A stretch of DNA of 64,000 nt from Bradyrhizobium sp. (GCA_035487555.1 DATHMA010000158.1:1143-65142), one strand, 5' to 3'. Shown: positions 48,564 through 58,857, numbered from the stretch's first letter. Notes: a model not told the origin generated them from the letters alone. Numbers and translations: made by a program.

Positions 48564-50648
48564 TTGTCAACGCCTCGCACCAGCAACGCGAACGGACGGC
48601 CGGTGAGCTTCGCCGCAGGCGCACGCACGCGCATTGTCGGTCTCTTGCGCGCCGTACCGATCCGCTGGCGCATCCTCTCCATCGCCGCGCTGAACTCGGC
48701 CGTGGTGATCGTGCTCGCCGTATTAATCTGGAACGGCTCCAAGGTGCTGGGCTCGGCCTGGGAAGACGTGCGGCAGGTGCGCGAGTCCGACAAGATCCTG
48801 GCGGTGCTCGAAAGCCAGACCGGGCGCCTGCAGAACCTGATCCACCGCTATATCAACCAGCCGAGCGCCGATCTTTTCGCCGAAATCCTGCTGCTCCGCG
48901 AGGCCGTGCTCGGCACGCTGCACACCCGCGCTTCCACCGACCCGATGCTGTCGGGCTCGGTCGATGAGCTCGAGCGGGTCACCGACCGTTTTCTTAACGG
49001 CTTTGGCGAACTGCGCACGGTGCAGGCGACCATCAACAAGACCTATGACGAGCAGGTGCTCGGGCCCGCCAAGGACATGGCCGGGCTCTACTCCATCATC
49101 GAAGGTGCCACCGGCCATCGCGACGCCCTGATCTGGCCCGCGCTCGGCAAGTCCCGCGAGGCCTTCACCGCGATGCTGGTCGCCACCAACGCCTATTACC
49201 TGTCGTTGGCGACCGCTTCCGCCGAGGAAGCGCGCCGCAACACCGACACCATCGAGAAGACCATCCCCGTGATGAGCGATCTTGCCGATAACGACCTGCA
49301 GCGCATGGCACTGGTGCGGCTGAAGGAGCGGACGGATGCGCTGCGCAAGGGCATGGACAAATTGTCGGAGGAGCTGACCAGCCGCACCGAGTTGCTCCGC
49401 AACACCATCGACGCGACCCAGGCCGAGGCGATGGGCGCGATCGACGAACTCTCCGACAAGATGCGCGAGCGTGAGCAGAAGGCGCAGGGGACCTTCGACC
49501 GGACGCTGGCGGATATCTCGCGCCGGGTGCTGTCGATCGCCGTGATCTTCCTCGGCATCATCCTGTCGGCTGGTGTGTTGATCGCGCTCTCGATCCGCCT
49601 GCCGCTGCAGCAGATCATGACCGCGATGCGTGCGATCACCCTCGGCGATTACGACCGCGAGGTGCAGGGCACCACCGCCCGCGACGAGGTCGGCGCCATG
49701 GCGCGCGCCGTCGAGGTGTTCCGCGAAAACGCCATCGCCAAGCGGCGGACCGAGGACGAGTTGCGCTCCTCCAAGGAGAAGGCGGAAAGCGCCCTGCTCG
49801 AGCTCAATGCCGCGCAGCAGAACCTGATCGATGCCGAGCGGCTGGCGGCACTCGGCGGCCTCGTTGCCGGCGTCGCCCATGAGGTCAACAATCCGATCGG
49901 CATCAGCCTCACGGTCGCCTCCAGCTTTGCCCGGCGCACCGAGATGTTCGAGGCCGAGCTGAAATCCGGCGGCGGCCTGCGCCGCTCCCAACTGGAAGAA
50001 TTCGTGCGGACTTCGCGCGATGCCGCGCAGCAATTGGTGGCGAACCTGCACCGCGCCGGCGAGCTGATCCAGTCCTTCAAACAGGTCGCGGTCGACCGCT
50101 CGCATGCCGAACGCCGGCAGTTCTCGCTGGGCGAGGCCACCGACCAGATCATCGCGAGCCTGCGGCCAGTGATGAAACGCGCCCCGATCGAGCTCACCGT
50201 CGACGTGCCGGAGGGCCTGCTGATCGACGGCTATCCGGGCTCCTACGGCCAGATCCTGACCAACCTTTTCCTCAATGCGGTTAACCACGCCTTCGCCGAT
50301 GGCCGGTCCGGCACGATATCGATCGCGGCGCGGGCGCGCGGCCAGGAGGACATCGAGATCAGCTTTGCCGATGACGGCGCCGGCATGACGCCGGACGTGC
50401 AGCGCCAGGCTTTTGACCCGTTCTTTACGACGCGCCGCAACGAAGGGGGTACCGGACTGGGGCTGCATATCGTCTATAATCTGGTAACCCAACAGCTCGG
50501 CGGGCGCATGATGCTGGAGTCAAGGCTGGGACAAGGCACCACTTTTCGCATTATCATGCCCCGGGTCGCCAAGGGCGAGCCCGCGACCTCTGAGAGCTTA
50601 CCGGACGGAACTGCGCAATGGCCGAACAGGACGATGTCCTCCACCTGA
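48564..50648 (+). CDS. HAMP-domain sensor histidine kinase
   Basis: 2 TM, periplasmic helical domain, HAMP, AHEVNNP, FDPFFTT, GTGLGL; start approximate. Confidence 0.9.
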   Translation: MSTPRTSNANGRPVSFAAGARTRIVGLLRAVPIRWRILSIAALNSAVVIVLAVLIWNGSKVLGSAWEDVRQVRESDKILAVLESQTGRLQNLIHRYINQPSADLFAEILLLREAVLGTLHTRASTDPMLSGSVDELERVTDRFLNGFGELRTVQATINKTYDEQVLGPAKDMAGLYSIIEGATGHRDALIWPALGKSREAFTAMLVATNAYYLSLATASAEEARRNTDTIEKTIPVMSDLADNDLQRMALVRLKERTDALRKGMDKLSEELTSRTELLRNTIDATQAEAMGAIDELSDKMREREQKAQGTFDRTLADISRRVLSIAVIFLGIILSAGVLIALSIRLPLQQIMTAMRAITLGDYDREVQGTTARDEVGAMARAVEVFRENAIAKRRTEDELRSSKEKAESALLELNAAQQNLIDAERLAALGGLVAGVAHEVNNPIGISLTVASSFARRTEMFEAELKSGGGLRRSQLEEFVRTSRDAAQQLVANLHRAGELIQSFKQVAVDRSHAERRQFSLGEATDQIIASLRPVMKRAPIELTVDVPEGLLIDGYPGSYGQILTNLFLNAVNHAFADGRSGTISIAARARGQEDIEISFADDGAGMTPDVQRQAFDPFFTTRRNEGGTGLGLHIVYNLVTQQLGGRMMLESRLGQGTTFRIIMPRVAKGEPATSESLPDGTAQWPNRTMSST

Positions 50649-52366
50649 TCGACGACACCGAGACGGTCGCCGACGACCAGTCTGGCCGCAAGTGGAAGAT
50701 CGCCGTCATCGACGACGACCAGGCCGTGCATGAGGGCACCCGCTTTGCGCTGTCCGATTACGTCCTGAACGGCCAGGGGCTCGAAATCCTCTCCGCCTAT
50801 TCGGCCACCGAAGGCCGCGAGCTGATGCGCTCGCACAAGGACATCGCCGCCGTCCTGCTCGACGTCATCATGGAGACCGACGTCGCAGGCCTCGAGCTCG
50901 TCGAGTTCATCCGCAACGAAATCCACAACGAGACCGTGCGCATCATCCTGCGCACCGGCCAGCCCGGCCAGGCGCCGGAGCGGCGCGTCATCGTCCAGTA
51001 CGACATCAACGACTACAAGGCGAAGACCGAGCTCACCGCCGACAAGCTGTTCACCTCGCTGACGGCAGCACTGCGCAGCTATCAGCAGCTCGAGCGCATG
51101 GTGCAGACAAGGCGCGGGCTCGAGATCATCATCGATGCCGCCTCCACGCTGTACGACTTCAAGTCGATGCAGCGGCTGGCCGAAGGCGTGCTGACGCAGC
51201 TCGCTTCGTTGCTCAATGTCGATTGCGCCGGCATCCTGGTGCTGCGCGACGACGGTAACAAGACCCGCGAGGATTTCTCGGTGCTGGCGGGCTCCGGCTG
51301 CTACAGCCGCTTCATCGGCGCCGCAAGCTCCAAGTCGCTCGACCCGGATTTGCGCACGATGGTGGAAGCCGCCTTCAAGCGCCGCAAGCATGAATTCGCC
51401 GACCACCGCACCGTACTCTATGTGCGCACCGGCAGCGGCCGCGAGGTCGTCGTGCTGCTGCAGGCCGAGCGGCAATTGTCCGAAACCGACCGCTCGCTGG
51501 TCGAGATCTTCGGCAGCCGCCTGTCGATCGCCTTCGACAATGTCATCCTCTATCAGCAGCTGCACGAGGCCAACACCCAGCTCGAGGACCGCGTCGCCCA
51601 GCGCACCCGCGCGCTGATGCAGGCCAACCGCCGCCTGTCCGCGCAGTGGCTGCGGCTGCAGCGCGCCAACGGCTTCAAGAACGAAATCCTGGGCACGGTT
51701 GCCCACGACCTGAAGAATCCACTCGGCGTGATCCTCGGCCGTACCGAGATGCTGACCGAGCTGATTTCGACGGGCACGTCGAAGGAAAGCATCACCGCCC
51801 AGATCGACCACATCCGTGATGCGACCAAACGCCTCACGTCGATGGTCGACCATCTGATCTCGGACGCGATGGCGGATGCCTTCGACATCACCATCCGCCG
51901 CGAGCCGGTCGATATCGCCGCTCTCGTCAGCGACGTCGCCGAGGCCAACCAGCCGCTCGCCGTCAACAAGCAGCAGACCATCACGGTCTCGGCGCCGCCG
52001 AACATCGTGACCATGTGCGATACCGACCGCATCCGCGAGGCGATCGACAATCTCGTGTCCAACGCCATCAAATATTCCCCGATCGGCGGCAAGATCGCGG
52101 TGAGTGTCACCCATGAGGACGAAACCACGGTGATCCGGGTCACCGACGAGGGCGCGGGCCTGTCGCCGGAAGATCTGGGGCGGCTGTTCGGCCGCTTCCA
52201 GCGCCTGTCCGCCAAGCCGACCGCGGGCGAAAGCTCCACCGGCCTCGGGCTCTCCATCGTCAAGCGCATCATCGATATGCACGGCGGCGAGGTGACCGCC
52301 GAGAGTGCAGGCCCTAACAAGGGATCGACCTTCACCATTGTCCTGCCCGCCACCGAGCTGTCATGA
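50618..52366 (+). CDS. Hybrid REC-DUF3369-like-histidine kinase
   Basis: IDDD, LLDVIME, RIILRTGQPG, AHDLKNPL, STGLGL. Confidence 0.9.
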   Translation: MAEQDDVLHLIDDTETVADDQSGRKWKIAVIDDDQAVHEGTRFALSDYVLNGQGLEILSAYSATEGRELMRSHKDIAAVLLDVIMETDVAGLELVEFIRNEIHNETVRIILRTGQPGQAPERRVIVQYDINDYKAKTELTADKLFTSLTAALRSYQQLERMVQTRRGLEIIIDAASTLYDFKSMQRLAEGVLTQLASLLNVDCAGILVLRDDGNKTREDFSVLAGSGCYSRFIGAASSKSLDPDLRTMVEAAFKRRKHEFADHRTVLYVRTGSGREVVVLLQAERQLSETDRSLVEIFGSRLSIAFDNVILYQQLHEANTQLEDRVAQRTRALMQANRRLSAQWLRLQRANGFKNEILGTVAHDLKNPLGVILGRTEMLTELISTGTSKESITAQIDHIRDATKRLTSMVDHLISDAMADAFDITIRREPVDIAALVSDVAEANQPLAVNKQQTITVSAPPNIVTMCDTDRIREAIDNLVSNAIKYSPIGGKIAVSVTHEDETTVIRVTDEGAGLSPEDLGRLFGRFQRLSAKPTAGESSTGLGLSIVKRIIDMHGGEVTAESAGPNKGSTFTIVLPATELS

Positions 52367-53109
52367 GCCAGAGCCAACACATCATCATCGTCGATGACGA
52401 GGCGCCGGCCCGCGAGATGGTCGGCGACTATCTCAAGATGCACGGCTTTGCCGTGACGTTGTGCGACGGCGGCAAGAGCCTGCGCAGCGCGATCGCGACG
52501 GGCTCCGAGCCCGATCTCGTGGTGCTCGACCTCAACATGCCCGAGGAAGACGGCCTCTCCATCATCCGCGACCTCAAGAGCCGCACTAACGTCCCCGTCA
52601 TCATGCTGACGGCGACGGCGAGCCCGATCGACCGCGTGGTTGGCCTCGAGCTCGGCGCCGACGACTACATCGCCAAGCCCTGCGAGCTCAGAGAATTGAT
52701 GGCGCGCATCCGCTCGGTCCTGCGCCGGGCCGGGCCGGCCAAGGCGGCGCCTGCTGCGACCGAGACCGCCTCCGCCAAGGCCGAGAAGGACCATCTGGTC
52801 CGCTTCGGCACCAAATGGCTGGATCTGGAAGCCCAGGCGCTGCGTGACGACGAGGGCAACGAGCATCCGCTGACGGCGTCGGAATTCGGGCTGCTCAAGG
52901 TGTTCGCCGCCAATCCCAAGCGGGTGCTGTCGCGCGAGCGGCTGCTGGAGCTGGCCAATGCCCGCGATAGCGAGGCCTTCGATCGCGCCGTGGACCTTCG
53001 CATCATGCGCATCCGCCGCAAGATCGAGCCGGACCCGACCAAACCGGCCGTGATCCGTACCATCCGCGGCGGTGGCTATTTGTTCTCCCCGACGGGAGAC
53101 AAGGCGTAG
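52363..53109 (+). CDS. OmpR-family response regulator
   Basis: VDDE, LDLNMP, GADDYIAKP, RTIRGGGY. Confidence 0.95.
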   Translation: MSQSQHIIIVDDEAPAREMVGDYLKMHGFAVTLCDGGKSLRSAIATGSEPDLVVLDLNMPEEDGLSIIRDLKSRTNVPVIMLTATASPIDRVVGLELGADDYIAKPCELRELMARIRSVLRRAGPAKAAPAATETASAKAEKDHLVRFGTKWLDLEAQALRDDEGNEHPLTASEFGLLKVFAANPKRVLSRERLLELANARDSEAFDRAVDLRIMRIRRKIEPDPTKPAVIRTIRGGGYLFSPTGDKA

Positions 53110-53255
53110 GGCCTTTTTCGCCCGCAATACGGCGCCTGGGGCCCTTTTATTGCGGCAACGCACCGCGCCCGGCCGCCCCGGAAAGGCGGAACTTTTGCCG
53201 ATCTGAAATTGTGGCATTTTCCACGCATTGAAAATATTCACAATTTCGCCCTGAG

Positions 53256-53336
53256 TGTTTCGTCGGCACGGCCCCGACGAAACAATTCTCCCGTCCAAGA
53301 AACCATTTTCTGCTTTTGGAGCAGACATCCCGAAAC
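53256..53336 (+). promoter_or_regulatory. GAAAC repeat array and 11-bp inverted repeat upstream of the ECF gene
   Basis: tgtttcgtcgg-N7-ccgacgaaaca (53256-53284); GAAAC at 53279, 53299, 53332. Confidence 0.6.
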
Positions 53337-53400
53337 GCAGGCTCATTAACAATTTCGGGTAACGAAGCCGCCGCACCAAGCGGCGACCTGGGAGCCTGTC

Positions 53401-54012
53401 ATGCAGAACGTCGTCGCCATCAACGCCGCAGCCCGCCAGAGCATCATCGCTGCTCAGGCGACCTCCGACGAAATGCTTCTGGAGAGCATTGCCGACGGCA
53501 ACCGGACAGCGATGCACATTCTCTATTCCCGTCACAACGTACGGGTCTATCGCTTCATCCTTCGCATCGTTCGCGACACCACCATGGCCGAAGATCTCGT
53601 CAGCCAGGTCTTCCTGGACGTCTGGCGCACCGCGAGCCAGTTCGAAGGCCGCTCCCAGGTTTCGACCTGGCTGCTGTCGATCGCCCGCTTCAAGTCGCTG
53701 ACCTCGCTGCGCCAGCGCAAGTTCGAGGACATCGACCAGGAAGACGTCCGCGAGATCGCCGACGGTGCCGACACGCCGGAAGCGTCGCTCGACCGCTCGA
53801 CGACCAGCCAGATCCTGCGCGCTTGCGTGGCCAAGCTGTCGCCGGCGCACCGGGAGATCATCAACCTCGTCTACTATCACGAGAAGTCGGTCGAGGAAGT
53901 CGGCCAGATCATCGGCATTCCCCAGAGCACGGTGAAGACCCGCATGTTCTATGCCCGCAAGCAGCTCGCCGACCTGCTCCGGAACGCCGGCGTCGACAGC
54001 CTCGCTGCGTAA
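53401..54012 (+). CDS. ecfQ: ECF sigma factor, EcfQ/CarQ-like, no adjacent anti-sigma
   Basis: AEDLVSQVF, STWLLSIAR, TVKTRMFYAR; symbol rests on recalled Bradyrhizobium ecfQ context and upstream GAAAC boxes. Confidence 0.75.
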   Translation: MQNVVAINAAARQSIIAAQATSDEMLLESIADGNRTAMHILYSRHNVRVYRFILRIVRDTTMAEDLVSQVFLDVWRTASQFEGRSQVSTWLLSIARFKSLTSLRQRKFEDIDQEDVREIADGADTPEASLDRSTTSQILRACVAKLSPAHREIINLVYYHEKSVEEVGQIIGIPQSTVKTRMFYARKQLADLLRNAGVDSLAA

Positions 54013-54319
54013 GGGATTTTCGGGCCGGCGCCCCACCCCGCCGGCTCGTGAAACAAATGAAACAGACGACGAAATCACGCTGAAAAAATCGCCTGTTACA
54101 CCAATACCCATCGATTTTCTCTTCGACCTCCCAAGACTCTCAAGACCCGGAAAGGATGCCCCCCTTTCCGGGTCGCTCTATTTTTAGTCCATTCAATCCA
54201 TACAATTTGGACAATTCGGCTCCATTCTTCGTGATTGGCGGCCGTGACGTGAGCCGCCGATACCATCGCCGTGTCGCCCGTGCTAAACCTCGCGCCGGGA
54301 CGACGATGGATGGTGTGCG

Positions 54320-55717
54320 ATGTTCGATGGTCTTGATGCGGTCACGCTGGCACGCGCCCAATTTGCCTTCACGATGTCGTTTCACATCGTCTTCCCCGCG
54401 TTCTCCATCGGCCTTGCCTCCTATCTTGCCGTGCTCGAGGCGCGCTGGCTGATCACGGGGCGCGAGGTCTTCCTCAATCTCTTCAATTACTGGCTCAAGA
54501 TCTTTGCGATCGGTTTCGGCATGGGCGTGGTGTCGGGCATCGTGATGTCCTACCAGTTCGGCACCAACTGGTCGGTTTATGCCGACAAGACCGGTCCCGT
54601 CATCGGCCCCCTGATGGCCTATGAGGTGCTGACCGCGTTCTTTCTCGAAGCCGGCTTCCTCGGCGTGATGCTGTTTGGACTGAACCGGGTCGGCCCCAGG
54701 CTGCATTTCTTCGCAACGCTGATGGTCGCGATCGGCACGCTGATCTCGGCGTTCTGGATCCTCTCGGCCAATTCCTGGATGCAGACGCCGACCGGCTACG
54801 CCGTGAATGCAGACGGCCAGTTCGTCGCGGCCGATTGGCTCAAGGTGATCTTCAATCCGTCCTTTCCCTATCGCCTCGTGCACATGGTGCTCGCGGCGTA
54901 TCTCACGACCGCGCTGGTAGTCGGTGCGGTCGGCGCGTTTCACCTTTTTCGTGATCAACATCTGGCCGGTCCGCGCGTGATGTTCTCGATGGCGATGTGG
55001 ATGGCGACGCTTGTTGCGCCGATCCAGATTCTGGCCGGCGATCAGCACGGGCTGAACACGCTGGAGCACCAGCCGGTGAAGATCATGGGCATGGAGGGCC
55101 ATTACCAGAGCCATCCTGATGGAGCGCCGCTGATCCTGTTCGGCCTGCCCGACCAGCAGGCGGGCGAGGTCAAATACGCCCTCGAAATTCCCAAGATGGG
55201 CTCCCTGATCCTGAAACACTCGCCGTATGCGCCGATGGCCGGTCTCGATACGGTGCCGCGTGAAAACTGGCCGCCGGTGCCGATTACGTTCTGGTCGTTC
55301 CGGGTCATGGTCGGCATGGGCTTCCTGATGTTCGGCCTCGGCCTGTTCAGCGCCTGGTGCCGCTGGCGCGGCACGCTGTTCCAGTCGCGGTTGCTGCATG
55401 TCTTCGCGATGCTGATGGGACCCGCCGGCTTCATCGCCGTGCTGGCGGGCTGGATCACCACCGAGACCGGACGGCAACCCTTCACCGTGTATGGGCTGCT
55501 TCGCACCGCTGAATCCGCCTCGCCCTTGGCTGCGCCCGCTGTCGGCTCCTCACTGCTCGCCTTTGTCATCGTCTATTTCGTCGTGTATGCGGCCGGCTTG
55601 ACCTATCTGCTCCGGCTGATGGCGCAGCCGCCACAACCAGGCGAAGCCGGACCGCCGAGCGATATGCCCGCGCGCGCCGCCGGCATCACGCCCGCCGTCG
55701 AAGGAATCGCGCGATGA
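54320..55717 (+). CDS. cydA: Cytochrome bd ubiquinol oxidase subunit I (short Q-loop, CioA-like)
   Basis: FHIVFP, YQFGTNW, AFFLEAGF, ANSWMQTP, GWITTETGRQP. Confidence 0.95.
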   Translation: MFDGLDAVTLARAQFAFTMSFHIVFPAFSIGLASYLAVLEARWLITGREVFLNLFNYWLKIFAIGFGMGVVSGIVMSYQFGTNWSVYADKTGPVIGPLMAYEVLTAFFLEAGFLGVMLFGLNRVGPRLHFFATLMVAIGTLISAFWILSANSWMQTPTGYAVNADGQFVAADWLKVIFNPSFPYRLVHMVLAAYLTTALVVGAVGAFHLFRDQHLAGPRVMFSMAMWMATLVAPIQILAGDQHGLNTLEHQPVKIMGMEGHYQSHPDGAPLILFGLPDQQAGEVKYALEIPKMGSLILKHSPYAPMAGLDTVPRENWPPVPITFWSFRVMVGMGFLMFGLGLFSAWCRWRGTLFQSRLLHVFAMLMGPAGFIAVLAGWITTETGRQPFTVYGLLRTAESASPLAAPAVGSSLLAFVIVYFVVYAAGLTYLLRLMAQPPQPGEAGPPSDMPARAAGITPAVEGIAR

Positions 55718-56724
55718 GTGGAACCATCGACATCGCCACCATCTGGGCCTTCATCATCGCCTTTGCCGTGTTCGTCTATGTGGTGATGGACGGCTTCGAC
55801 CTCGGCCTCGGCATCCTCTTTCCGCTGTTTCCGGCCAAGGCCGATCGCGACATCATCATGAACACGGTGGCGCCGGTCTGGGACGGCAACGAGACCTGGC
55901 TGGTGCTCGGCGGCGGCGGCATGATGGCGGCGTTTCCGCTGGCCTACTCCGTGCTGATGCCCGCGCTCTATACGCCGATCATTGCGATGCTGGTCGGCTT
56001 GGTCTTCCGCGGCGTCGCTTTCGAATTCCGCTGGCGCACGCAAGGCGAACGCAACCGCTGGGACCTCGCTTTTTCCGGCGGCTCGTGGGTGGCGGCACTG
56101 GCGCAGGGCATTGCGCTCGGCGCCATCCTGCAGGGCATCCATGTCGAGGGACGCCATTATGCCGGCGGCTGGTGGGACTGGCTGACGCCGTTCTCGATCC
56201 TGACCGGCGTGTCGCTCGTGGTCGGCTACGCCCTGCTCGGCGCGACCTGGCTGGTACTGAAGACCGAAGGAGGATTGCGCGACCGCGCCTATCACCTCTG
56301 CTGGTATCTGTTGTTTGCCATGCTCGCCGCGATCGGGTTGGTCAGCATCGCAACGCCCTTCCTGCACATCCAATATGCCCAGCGCTGGTTCACCTGGCCG
56401 AATGTGGTGCTGACCGCGCCCGTGCCGATCGCGGTCGCCGCCGTCGCCTTGGCGTTGCTCCGGGCGCTTGCCAACAAGCAGGACTCGCAGCCGTTCTATC
56501 TCGTGCTCGCGCTGTTCGCGCTGTCCTATGCCGGGCTCGGCATCAGCATGTATCCCTATATCGTGCCGCAGAGCATCACGATCTGGCAGGCGGCCGCGCC
56601 CGAGAACAGCCAGCTCTTCATGCTGGTCGGCGTCGCCATCCTGATCCCGCTGATCCTCGGCTACACCGCCTGGGCCTATTGGGTGTTTCGCGGCAAGGTC
56701 CGCGCCGGCCACGGCTATCACTGA
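55714..56724 (+). CDS. cydB: Cytochrome bd oxidase subunit II
   Basis: DGFDLGLG, PVWDGNETWL. Confidence 0.95.
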   Translation: MSGTIDIATIWAFIIAFAVFVYVVMDGFDLGLGILFPLFPAKADRDIIMNTVAPVWDGNETWLVLGGGGMMAAFPLAYSVLMPALYTPIIAMLVGLVFRGVAFEFRWRTQGERNRWDLAFSGGSWVAALAQGIALGAILQGIHVEGRHYAGGWWDWLTPFSILTGVSLVVGYALLGATWLVLKTEGGLRDRAYHLCWYLLFAMLAAIGLVSIATPFLHIQYAQRWFTWPNVVLTAPVPIAVAAVALALLRALANKQDSQPFYLVLALFALSYAGLGISMYPYIVPQSITIWQAAAPENSQLFMLVGVAILIPLILGYTAWAYWVFRGKVRAGHGYH

Positions 56725-56849
56725 TGCCTCCGCAACCGCAGCGGCCGCTCGCCCGGCGCCTCCTGTGGTTCGCGGGGCTGTGGCTTGCCGGAGTTGCCAG
56801 CGTCGGCCTGATCTCGCTGGTCCTGCACCTCTGGATCGCGCCGAAATAA
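56724..56849 (+). CDS. Small single-TM protein after cydB (DUF2474-like)
   Basis: TGATG overlap; MPPQPQRPLARRLLWFAGLWLAGVASVGLISLVLHLWIAPK. Confidence 0.75.
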   Translation: MPPQPQRPLARRLLWFAGLWLAGVASVGLISLVLHLWIAPK

Positions 56850-57016
56850 GGCGCCACGCTCTTCCCGGATGACTGCTAAGTGACGGGAATCGAAGAGATT
56901 CCAGCGCCGCTGCCATGAACTTGCCATCAAGCTGGCCCTCCATTTTGGCGGTTCCAGTGATTTGCCAAACAGTGATACAAACGCCCCCGCGCCTGCCCTT
57001 TGAGGAGACTTTTGCA

Positions 57017-57610
57017 ATGACGAAGCTGCGCAACCTGGCCTGGATGTCGATGGCCGCGATCGGCCTGTTGTTCTCGACCTCGCATAGCTACGCGCAGTCG
57101 AATGACCCCGGCGATCAGCCCGGCCTGATCGCCGACGACACCTATCAGCTCGATCCGGAATGGCAGAAGCAGATGGTGCTCTACCGGACCACCGAGCCGC
57201 CCGGCACCATCATCGTCTCGACCGCGGAGCGTCATCTCTATCTGGTCCAGCCCGGCGGCCGCGCGCTGCGCTACGGCATCGGCGTCGGCCGCGACGGCTT
57301 CCAGTGGCAGGGCATGGTCGTCATCACCAACAAGAAGGAATGGCCGGACTGGACCCCGCCACCGGAAATGATCGCCCGCCAGCCTTATCTGCCGCGCTTC
57401 ATGGCCGGCGGCCCCGGCAACCCGCTGGGAGCGCGCGCCATGTATCTCGGCACCACCGTCTACCGCATTCACGGCACCAATCGTCCTGACACGATCGGCA
57501 CCAAGGTCTCCTCGGGCTGCTTCCGCCTGGTCAACAACGACGTCGCCGATCTCTATGATCGCGTGCCTGTCGGCACCAAGGTGATCATCAAGCAGAAGCC
57601 CGAACTGTAA
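57017..57610 (+). CDS. L,D-transpeptidase (ErfK/YkuD)
   Basis: NPLGARAMYL, YRIHGTN, SSGCFRL. Confidence 0.93.
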   Translation: MTKLRNLAWMSMAAIGLLFSTSHSYAQSNDPGDQPGLIADDTYQLDPEWQKQMVLYRTTEPPGTIIVSTAERHLYLVQPGGRALRYGIGVGRDGFQWQGMVVITNKKEWPDWTPPPEMIARQPYLPRFMAGGPGNPLGARAMYLGTTVYRIHGTNRPDTIGTKVSSGCFRLVNNDVADLYDRVPVGTKVIIKQKPEL

Positions 57611-57620
57611 GCCTTTTCGA

Positions 57621-57673
57621 TTGAGCATGATCTTTTCGGAAAACCGCTGCACACTTTTCCGGATCATGCTCTA
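57621..57673. repeat. RIME-like CATGATC/GATCATG repeat
   Basis: ttgagcatgatcttttcggaaaaccgctgcacacttttccggatcatgctctag; near-identical to 9355-9407. Confidence 0.85.
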
Positions 57674-57711
57674 GCTCCCGCCCTGTTTTTTGCTCCTAAC
57701 AAGAGAGACAC

Positions 57712-58752
57712 ATGTTTCGTACATTCCGAGGCGGCCTGGCGATCGGGCTCGCGGTCGCGGTTTTGGTTGCGGTCTGCGCCATCGTCTATGAGTTCTACGA
57801 CACCCGCACGCTGAAGCGCACGGTCCGCCGTGGCGAAGTCTTCTGCGGCGTCAACAAGGGCCTGCCCGGCTTCTCGGCTCCCGACGAGAAGGGCAACTGG
57901 ACCGGCTTCGACGTCGATTTCTGCCGTGCGGTAGCCGCGGCCATCTTCGACGACCCGAACAAGGCGAAGTTCATACCGCTCGACGCCAACGAGCGCTTCA
58001 AGGAGCTGCAGAACCGCACCGTCGACATCCTCTCCCGCAACTCGACCTGGGACATGTCGCGCGAGCAGAATTACGACCTCTATTTCCCGGCGGTCGCCTA
58101 TTACGACGGCCAGGGCTTCATGCTGCCCCGCTCGCGTAACATCGATTCCGCGCTCAGCCTCGACGGCAGCAAGGTCTGCGTGCAGGCGTCGACGACGACC
58201 GCGCTCAACCTTGCCGACTATTTCAAGGCCAACAACATGAAGTATGAGGAGGTGAAGCTTCCTCAGCTTGCCGATGTCGTCAAAGCCTATGAGAACGGCA
58301 AGTGCGACACCTTCACAGCCGACATCTCTCAGCTCTACGCGCTGCGGCTGAACCTGACGCAACCGAGCGACCACGTCATCCTGCCCGACGTCATCTCCAA
58401 GGAGCCGCTTGCCCCCGTGGTGCGCCAGCGCGACGACGACTGGATGATGATCGTCAAATGGACGCTGTACGCGATGATCAACGCCGAGGAGCTCGGCGTG
58501 AACTCCAAGAACATCGACGAAGCGCTGAAGTCGAAGAAGCCCGACGTGATGCGCCTGGTCGGCAATGAAGGCACCTATGGCGAGGACCTCGGCCTCTCCA
58601 AGGACTGGGCCGTGCGCATCATCAAGCATGTCGGCAATTACGGCGAAGTGTATGAGCGCAATGTCGGCGAAGCCTCCAAGCTGAAGATCCCGCGCGGGTT
58701 GAACCAGCTCTGGAACAACGGCGGGATTCAATACGCGCCGCCGATAAGGTGA
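57712..58752 (+). CDS. General L-amino acid-binding protein (AapJ/BztA-like), orphan
   Basis: GFDVDFCRAVAAA, YYDGQGF, ISKEPLAP, GNYGEVYERN, YAPPIR. Confidence 0.88.
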   Translation: MFRTFRGGLAIGLAVAVLVAVCAIVYEFYDTRTLKRTVRRGEVFCGVNKGLPGFSAPDEKGNWTGFDVDFCRAVAAAIFDDPNKAKFIPLDANERFKELQNRTVDILSRNSTWDMSREQNYDLYFPAVAYYDGQGFMLPRSRNIDSALSLDGSKVCVQASTTTALNLADYFKANNMKYEEVKLPQLADVVKAYENGKCDTFTADISQLYALRLNLTQPSDHVILPDVISKEPLAPVVRQRDDDWMMIVKWTLYAMINAEELGVNSKNIDEALKSKKPDVMRLVGNEGTYGEDLGLSKDWAVRIIKHVGNYGEVYERNVGEASKLKIPRGLNQLWNNGGIQYAPPIR

Positions 58753-58768
58753 TGTGAGCCTCGGGGCC

Positions 58769-58857
58769 GTAGGGTGGGCAAAGGCGCGCAAGCGCCGTGC
58801 CCACCACGGCTTGCGACGCCGCACGTCGGTGGGCACGCTACGCTTTGCCCACCCTAC
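58769..58857. repeat. GTAG-type REP doublet
   Basis: gtagggtgggcaaag...gtgcccacc / ggtgggcac...ctttgcccaccctac. Confidence 0.88.

Noticed and set aside
51553-54111. 852-aa minus-strand ORF and other long antisense ORFs (e.g. 1254-2558, 20567-22321, 48723-50492)
   Set aside because: Shadow ORFs of high-GC genes; no motifs, and they lie mostly opposite well-supported CDSs.
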